DNA of 64,000 bases. Source: an uncultured Acidimicrobiia bacterium. Its GTDB lineage: Bacteria; Actinomycetota; Acidimicrobiia; Acidimicrobiales; Ilumatobacteraceae. Where the stretch lies: assembly GCA_963841465.1 (NCBI GenBank), contig CAWJCQ010000006.1:1168770-1232769 (forward strand), given 5' to 3'. Every line of letters starts with the position of its first letter. Position 1 is the first letter of the stretch. Below, piece after piece: positions 58,375 through 64,000 of this stretch. Below the pieces are notes generated by a model, which saw only the letters and a list, made by a program, of their open reading frames with translations, made no database searches and was not told the origin of the DNA. Both the position numbers and the translations under genes were made by a program.

Positions 58375-59066
58375 GCCGGAGGAAGCGTCTACAGCTCACG
58401 GCGGCTGCGCTCCTCGTCGCGCTCACGCCGATTGCCTGTACCGACGACGACGACTCGACCGTCACATCGACGTCGGCGGCAGCGCCCCGTGTGAGCACGT
58501 CAACGACGACGCCGGTCCCAGCCGTAACCAGCAGTGCTGCGCCTTCGCCCCCGTCCCCTTCGACGACAACAGCGCCCACTACGGCGGCTGATCCCACGGC
58601 TGCAACTAAGGCCGCAGTAGCCGCTGCTGTTGCGCAGAACCGTCAGGCCTACAACTACGCGATTTCGAACTACGACGCACCGGATGTTTTGGACGTTCTC
58701 GCGCGATCGGTTGTTCGGGACAGCCCGTCTTGGAACATGACGCTGCAGAACATGGACACACTCCGCTCGAACGGCTGGTCGGCGCGACTCAACCCAGAAA
58801 TCCCGGATACCGCGACGGTCGAGGGCGAGGTGCAACTGCTCGACGGTCCACCGCCGACAAAGGCGCTTGCCATGGTCTGCACGATCAGCGCGGGTGTGGT
58901 CTACAAGCCAGGCGCAGCTCCCGACGGCGGGGATGTAGTCATCAACGACGAAGTTGTCGCTCGCCGCGATCAGGTGACGCTGGTGCTGGAAGACGGAACC
59001 TGGAAGGTCGAGCAGGGCACCAATGTCGGAACCTGGAAGGGCGCGTCGAAGTGCCCCGCCGCATAG
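58371..59066 (+). CDS. putative lipoprotein with Thr/Pro/Ser-rich linker
   Basis: GTG 58371 overlaps the tadV stop. LVALTPIAC lipobox-like signal, then a TSTSAAAPRVSTSTTTPVPAVTSS... linker and a globular C-terminal domain. Confidence 0.5.
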   Translation: MSRRKRLQLTAAALLVALTPIACTDDDDSTVTSTSAAAPRVSTSTTTPVPAVTSSAAPSPPSPSTTTAPTTAADPTAATKAAVAAAVAQNRQAYNYAISNYDAPDVLDVLARSVVRDSPSWNMTLQNMDTLRSNGWSARLNPEIPDTATVEGEVQLLDGPPPTKALAMVCTISAGVVYKPGAAPDGGDVVINDEVVARRDQVTLVLEDGTWKVEQGTNVGTWKGASKCPAA

Positions 59067-59938
59067 GCGCAGCGGTAATCGGCGGAGTCTTGTTCACCGC
59101 ATGCCTGGGGACGCCCGCTCGCGCAGACCTCGGCAACAACACTTCGACAACAGCAGCGAGCTCGGACCCGAGCGCGGGGTCAGTGGCTGTCGGCGCGTCT
59201 TTGACGACGTCGGGTGGTCCTCAGGCGTCGCGTTCGGCGCCGTCTCGGCCGACGTGTTCGTACGAGAAGTACGTGACGCCCCCGGATCTCCAACCGGTCG
59301 CCGACGCGCTCGGGCCCACCAGCGCGGTCAACGCTCTCTTGGAGCAGGCGGCGGCTGCCGACGCGACCCTGTACACGAAGACGTGCCCGAGTCCGAATGG
59401 CGGCGGTGTCCAGACGTGGGCGATGGTGCCGAATCAGGTGTCGGTCGATGACCTGATCTCGTCGGCGACGCGCCAGGTGACGGCACAGGTGCCCAGCCCG
59501 TCGATGAACATGAACCCGACTCCTGCGGTGGGCGGGGTCGTGAACATCGGGCTGTGGTTGGCGGTCGCTGATCCGGGTCAGGTGTCGATCACGGCGGAGG
59601 TTGGTCCGGTGTGGGCGACGGTGACGGCTCGTTATGAGGGCACGACGTGGGACTTCGGGAACGGGGACTCGACGACGTGTGACGGGTTGGGCACACCGAT
59701 CGTCGACAAGGAGACGGCTGAGCAGGGGCCGTGCGGTTACACGTACCGCTGGCCGTCGGCACGCAAGTTCACCGGGACCGATGACCTCGCCTACCACGCG
59801 TCGGTGACCGGTCATTGGGTCGTCACCTATGAGACGTCACAGGGGGCGGGCGGATCGCTGGGCCCGATCGATCGGACGACGTCGTTCAACTACCAGGTTC
59901 GGGAGATCCAGACAGTGAGGGTGGCTGGGAATGGCTGA
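59051..59938 (+). CDS. secreted hypothetical protein (about 295 aa) in the Tad locus
   Basis: GTG 59051. IGAAVIGGVLFTACLGTPARA-D signal peptide. Several conserved-looking Cys. No recognised motif. Confidence 0.45.
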   Translation: MPRRIGAAVIGGVLFTACLGTPARADLGNNTSTTAASSDPSAGSVAVGASLTTSGGPQASRSAPSRPTCSYEKYVTPPDLQPVADALGPTSAVNALLEQAAAADATLYTKTCPSPNGGGVQTWAMVPNQVSVDDLISSATRQVTAQVPSPSMNMNPTPAVGGVVNIGLWLAVADPGQVSITAEVGPVWATVTARYEGTTWDFGNGDSTTCDGLGTPIVDKETAEQGPCGYTYRWPSARKFTGTDDLAYHASVTGHWVVTYETSQGAGGSLGPIDRTTSFNYQVREIQTVRVAGNG

Positions 59939-60683
59939 CACGCAGACGGGTCAACGGTTGAGTGTGGCCGGCGCCGAGCTGGGCCTGCGGTCGGGGCTGC
60001 GGGTACGGCCGCAGCGACCGGCCAGGGCACTGTTCGGGCTGTTGCTGGTGGCGGTGTGTGTGGTGGCGGTGCTGGTGATCTACACCCGTGTCGGCGACCG
60101 CCAGGACGTGCTGGCGGTCAGTCGCACGGTGTTGGCCGGCGAGCAGTTGACCGATGCCGGTCTGCGGGTGGTGTCGATCTCGGCGGACGGGTCGTTCCCG
60201 TCGGTGCCGGCGACGGCCCGGGCGTCGATCGTCGGTCAGTACGCCAAGGTCCGCATGATCGACGGGTCGCTGCTGGTGGCCGACAGCGTTCAGACCCGGC
60301 CGCTGGTCGATCCGTCGAAGGTGTTGATGTCGGTCGCGGTGCCGTTGTCGGGGGTGCCGACGGGTCTGCGGGAAGGTTCGCGGCTGGTGCTGGTGGTGAC
60401 CCCAGACGCGGGTGGGGCGCCGCCGGTGCTGGTCGAGGCGACGGTGGCGGCGGTCCCTCGCAACCTGGGCGAGCTGGTGTCGGGCGGTGACTCGAACGGC
60501 TCGTCGGCGGTGGCGTTGACGGTGGAGGTCGATCCGGGCGCCGCGGCGACGATCGGCGCGGCCAAGGCGGTGGCCGTCGCCGTGCTCGCGCCCGACGAGC
60601 CGTTCCCGGACACTGCGGCAGCGCCGGGGAGCGACGTGACGGCGAGTTCCACGCCGGTGTCGACGCCGGCAGGCGGTGGCTGA
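59931..60683 (+). CDS. cpaB: CpaB/RcpC-like Flp pilus assembly protein (SAF domain)
   Basis: N-terminal TM (LFGLLLVAVCVVAVLVIY), then DVLAVSRTVLAGEQLTDAGLRVVSI (SAF-like), as in CpaB. Confidence 0.65.
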   Translation: MADTQTGQRLSVAGAELGLRSGLRVRPQRPARALFGLLLVAVCVVAVLVIYTRVGDRQDVLAVSRTVLAGEQLTDAGLRVVSISADGSFPSVPATARASIVGQYAKVRMIDGSLLVADSVQTRPLVDPSKVLMSVAVPLSGVPTGLREGSRLVLVVTPDAGGAPPVLVEATVAAVPRNLGELVSGGDSNGSSAVALTVEVDPGAAATIGAAKAVAVAVLAPDEPFPDTAAAPGSDVTASSTPVSTPAGGG

Positions 60684-61465
60684 TGCCGGCTGTCGCGCTG
60701 GTCGAGGCCGCCGGGACGTCGACGTCCACGACGAGCACGGTCGCGCTGTCAGCGACAGCGCCGGCGGGGTGGCAGTCACTGTTCGCCGAGTGCGACCCGT
60801 CCGGCGGCGACCTGGCGTCGTGGGCGGAGCTGTCGGACACGCCGGGCTGGACGACGTCGGTCTCGACCGGTGATCGCTCGTGGGACGGGCTGCGCACGCA
60901 CATGCAGGAGATGCCGTCCGGGTTGAGCGTGCTGCTGGCCCCGACGAGGGCCCGGGTGGCGCGCACCGTGGTGCGCGAGTCGGCGGCCCGGTTCGGACCG
61001 ATGCTGGCGTCGCTGTCGGACGTGATCACGTTCGCCGACTGCGGCCGGTTGGACGAGGCGCCGCCGGCGTGGGCGGCACCGGCATCACTCATCCTCCTGC
61101 TGGTCCGCCAGGCGCCCTCGTCAGCGGCGGCGACGGTGGCGCGGGTGGACCGCGCCGCCGAAGCGATGGAGCGTCTCTCACGGCTCAACGCCCCCGTCGG
61201 GGTCGTCGTGGTCGGCGCCCGCCCCTACGACCCCGGCGAGGTGGCCGCCACCGTCGGCGGCGAGCTGTTCGGGGTGCTCGCCGAGGACCCAATCGGCGCC
61301 AGCCAGGTCGGCGGGGCATGGACGGTCGGCCGCGGCGCGGCCCGTTCCGCACTACTGCGCTCGGCCCGCCCCGTCGCCCAAGCAATCACTGACGCGCTGG
61401 CCACACCGACGAGCGGGCTGGCGGCGGTGCAGGCGATGCAGGACCCCGCGGAGGCTGCGAGATGA
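60683..61465 (+). CDS. CpaE/TadZ-position protein, ParA/MinD-like fold but without a recognisable Walker A
   Basis: 260 aa located between cpaB and cpaF. Where (K)GGxGKT is expected it reads VEAAGTSTSTTSTVAL. The later LLLVRQAPSSAAATVARV... resembles the CpaE-like / Ssd-type family in actinobacteria. Confidence 0.45.
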   Translation: MPAVALVEAAGTSTSTTSTVALSATAPAGWQSLFAECDPSGGDLASWAELSDTPGWTTSVSTGDRSWDGLRTHMQEMPSGLSVLLAPTRARVARTVVRESAARFGPMLASLSDVITFADCGRLDEAPPAWAAPASLILLLVRQAPSSAAATVARVDRAAEAMERLSRLNAPVGVVVVGARPYDPGEVAATVGGELFGVLAEDPIGASQVGGAWTVGRGAARSALLRSARPVAQAITDALATPTSGLAAVQAMQDPAEAAR

Positions 61466-62862
61466 GCTGGTACGAACCGATCGACCGGACGCGCGGTGAG
61501 CTGGCGGTGGACGAGCAACGGACGTTGACCCGTCGCACCGCCGATGTGGTGGGCCGCAACGTGGCGGCCCGGGTCGAGGTGGCCGTGGAGGCTGGCACGC
61601 TGATGACGCCCGATGCCGAGATGGTGGCCTCGTCGACGGAGATCCAGCAGGCGTTGCGTTCCGAGAACGAGCGCCGGCTGCGTTCGGGCCTGGACCCGTT
61701 GAGCGACACCGCCCTGGCCGGGCTGCACGACATGGTGCTGGCCCACATCTACGGACTGGGCGAGCTCGACGACTTGTGGAACAACCCGGAGGTCGACAAC
61801 ATCGACTGCAACGGCGCCGGCACGGTGTTCGTCACGTTCGCCGGCGGACTGGTGAAGGACCCGCCGGTCGCGTCGAGTCTCGAGGAGTTTCTCGATTTGG
61901 TGCGGCGGGTCGGGCGGCGACTCGGCGAGGTCGAGGTGCAGTTCGACGCCCGGCACCCTCGGCTGGATCTGCAGTTGCCGGACGGATCACGGATGTTCGC
62001 CGTCTACGGCGGTCCCGGCACCAACGGTGTGGGCGCCGAGACCTACTTGTGCATCCGCCGCCACCGCTACCAGAACCCGTCGGTCGAGGATTTGGTCGAG
62101 CTGGGCTTGTGGCCGGAGAAGGCGGCGCGGTTTGTCGTCGCCGCGCTGGCGACCGGCGAGAACGTCATCATCGGCGGGGACCACGGGTCGGGCAAGACCA
62201 CATCGATGCGGGGCGTCATCTACTCAGCGGTGTCGCCGTGGGAGCGGGTGATCACCGTCGAGGCGGGGATCACCGAGCTCGGGCTGCACCGCTCGGGCCG
62301 GTTGAAGAACGTCGTCGCCTTGTTCTCCCGGCCCAACGGCTCCGAGGGCGAGGGCGAGGTGACGGTGTGGGAACTCATGGAGGACTACACCCGCCGCCTC
62401 AACGGCAGCCGCATCTTCGTCGGAGAAGTCCTCGGCAAGGAGGTGGGGCCGGTGCTGGATGCGTTCACAGCCTCGACGGCCGGCAGCGCCTGCACCATCC
62501 ATGCCCGCTCGGCCCGGGCGGTGATTCACCGCTTCGAACAGTATGGCATGGCCGCCAACCCGCCGCTGCCGCCCGAGGCGGTGCGACTGGCGTTCGCCAA
62601 CGCCCTGCCGATCATCGTGCACCTGGCCAAGGACGTCGCCACCGAGGACGTGGTGCGGCGCTACTGCACGTCGATCTGCGAGGTCACCGGGCTGGAGGAC
62701 GGCCAGGTGGCGATGACCGAGCTGTGGGGGCTCAACGAACGCGGGGAACTGGTGCCCCAGCACGCCTTGTCGGCCATGCGCCGCCGGTTCATGGCCCGCC
62801 AGGGCTGGTCCTGGACCACCGACGGCTGGGCCGACGACCTCCCCGACGGAGAGCTGGCATGA
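61462..62862 (+). CDS. tadA: CpaF/TadA secretion ATPase
   Basis: 466 aa. Walker A GDHGSGKTT, RIFVGEV (Walker B/Asp box), TIHARSA (His box). Confidence 0.9.
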   Translation: MSWYEPIDRTRGELAVDEQRTLTRRTADVVGRNVAARVEVAVEAGTLMTPDAEMVASSTEIQQALRSENERRLRSGLDPLSDTALAGLHDMVLAHIYGLGELDDLWNNPEVDNIDCNGAGTVFVTFAGGLVKDPPVASSLEEFLDLVRRVGRRLGEVEVQFDARHPRLDLQLPDGSRMFAVYGGPGTNGVGAETYLCIRRHRYQNPSVEDLVELGLWPEKAARFVVAALATGENVIIGGDHGSGKTTSMRGVIYSAVSPWERVITVEAGITELGLHRSGRLKNVVALFSRPNGSEGEGEVTVWELMEDYTRRLNGSRIFVGEVLGKEVGPVLDAFTASTAGSACTIHARSARAVIHRFEQYGMAANPPLPPEAVRLAFANALPIIVHLAKDVATEDVVRRYCTSICEVTGLEDGQVAMTELWGLNERGELVPQHALSAMRRRFMARQGWSWTTDGWADDLPDGELA

Positions 62863-63719
62863 CCCCGTCCGCCGTCGTGGGGGCGTTGCTGGCCGGGGTG
62901 GGTGCCGTCGGGGTGCTCATCACGGTCTCCGCCTGGACGACCCCACCACGTCCTCGCCAACCGCACGCTCGACGGCTGCCCCACCTGCTGGCGACCAAGG
63001 CGCTGGCCGCCGTCGTGGCTGCGGTGGTGGGCTTGTTGGTGACGGGCTGGTTGATCGGTGCGCTGGCCGCCGGGCTGGCCGGCTGGGCTGCCGTCAACAC
63101 ATGGGAAGGGCGCAAGAGGAACCGGGCTGGTGAGCAGCAGCGCATCGAGGCGTTGGCGGTGTGGTGTGAGCAGCTGCGGGATCTGCTGTCGGCCGACATC
63201 GGGATCATCGGCACGATCGACGCCACGGTGGCCACGGTGCCCGCGGCGCTGCGTCCGGAGGTGTCGCGGTTGTCGACGCGGTTGGCGCGCCAGGCCCCCC
63301 AGTTGGCGATCCGCCAGTTCGCCAGCGAGGTCGATGACCCCTCCGGGGACCTCATCGGGTCGGTGCTGTTGCTGGCCATGTCGCACTCGGGTCGCACCGC
63401 CGACCTGCTCAGCGAGCTGGCCTCGACGATCCGGGAACGGGCCACGATGCGACTGCGGATCGAGGCCGAGCGTGGCGGCCAACGCGCCGAGGCCCGGTTC
63501 GTGTTGGGCTTCGGGATCGCCGTCATCGCCGGCGTCGTCATCTTCGGTCGGGGCACGTCGTTCCTCGACGCCTACTCGAGCGCCACCGGTCAGGTCATGT
63601 TGGCGCTCGTCGCCGTGCTGTACGGGACTGCGATCTGGTGGCTGCGCCAGCTGGTCCGCTTCGACCGCCCCGCCCGGTTCCTTGCCACAGGCGTCACGGA
63701 GTTGGAGATGGACCGATGA
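62859..63719 (+). CDS. tadB: TadB-like type II secretion system F-family membrane protein
   Basis: 286 aa. ATG 62859 overlaps the tadA stop. N-terminal TM plus C-terminal TM pair with a cytoplasmic helical T2SSF-like domain. Confidence 0.7.
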   Translation: MTPSAVVGALLAGVGAVGVLITVSAWTTPPRPRQPHARRLPHLLATKALAAVVAAVVGLLVTGWLIGALAAGLAGWAAVNTWEGRKRNRAGEQQRIEALAVWCEQLRDLLSADIGIIGTIDATVATVPAALRPEVSRLSTRLARQAPQLAIRQFASEVDDPSGDLIGSVLLLAMSHSGRTADLLSELASTIRERATMRLRIEAERGGQRAEARFVLGFGIAVIAGVVIFGRGTSFLDAYSSATGQVMLALVAVLYGTAIWWLRQLVRFDRPARFLATGVTELEMDR

Positions 63720-64000
63720 TGCTGCTGGCGCTGGTGGCGGCGGTTGGGTTCGCCGGCGGGGTGTGGTTGATCGTGTCGGCGATCTGGCCACCACGGCCGT
63801 CATTGGCGCAGGCGTTGACTCGGCTGCACACGCCGGGCAGCCCACGAGCGATGTTCGTGCCGACGACCGCGTCGACGAGCTCGCTGGTGGTGCGGGCCGG
63901 GCGGATGCTGCTGCGCCGGGTGCGGGCCACGACGTTGGCCGACGAACAGACGACGAGCGACCTCGCCGTCGTCGCCCGCCCGCTCGAGGTGTACGCCGGC
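63716..64000 (+). CDS. tadC: TadC-like membrane protein (3' end outside window)
   Basis: ATG 63716 overlaps the tadB stop (ATGA). MMLLALVAAVGFAGGVWLIVSAIW TM start. Position follows tadB. Confidence 0.55.
   Translation, partial: MMLLALVAAVGFAGGVWLIVSAIWPPRPSLAQALTRLHTPGSPRAMFVPTTASTSSLVVRAGRMLLRRVRATTLADEQTTSDLAVVARPLEVYAG

Noticed and set aside
1-64000. CRISPR arrays, rRNA genes, intact tRNA genes, and retron/DGR-type RT systems
   Set aside because: No regularly spaced short repeats, no rRNA-like segments and no complete cloverleaf were seen by eye. The only reverse transcriptase has clear group II intron hallmarks (domain V, maturase X domain).

Overview
This is a 64 kb window of very high-GC (~70%) DNA that looks like an Actinomycetota chromosome. 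All family calls below come from reading motifs in the supplied translations; no database search was possible. The window splits into three parts.

**1. Core region, 1-21.8 kb.** It carries:
- a HelD/UvrD-like helicase;
- two divergent citrate-synthase paralogues, one fused to an HTH;
- an RTX-type Ca-binding repeat protein;
- a sulfate-assimilation/siroheme cluster (cysH-sirA-cobA, with a divergent sirC-like gene);
- a MoxR-VWA pair, an LCP protein, valS, cysS, an acyltransferase-3/SGNH protein, dps and an acyl-CoA dehydrogenase.

**2. Decayed integrative island and IS graveyard, about 21.9-55.5 kb.**
- It is bracketed by two related tyrosine integrases that face inward, and both are inactivated.
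- It ends next to a 3'-half fragment of tRNA-Arg(ACG).
- Mobile-element content: a MobF relaxase relic, at least 10 IS copies or fragments (IS3-like x3, IS110 x2, IS256, IS1380, IS5/IS1182-like, IS630, ISKra4-like, IS5/ISNCY-like), and a group II intron nested inside an IS and itself split by IS256.
- Small cargo genes, several of them frameshifted.
- A perfect 253-bp, hairpin-rich, non-coding direct repeat present twice.

**3. Second accessory module, 55.5-64 kb.** An HTH protein, a tandem excisionase-type HTH protein and a Tad/Flp-type pilus locus (tadV, cpaB, degenerate cpaE-like, cpaF/tadA, tadB, tadC).

No rRNA, intact tRNA or CRISPR array was seen.

**Most unusual items**
- The 253-bp structured repeat near the IS110-family genes.
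- The IS3 > group II intron > IS256 nesting, with a hairpin-plus-GUGCG junction.
- The GATAAC-motif and hairpin cluster next to the integrase.
- The HTH-citrate-synthase fusion with a tandem palindromic operator.
- The frameshifted sirA.

I found no clearly novel multi-gene system that I can defend from sequence alone.
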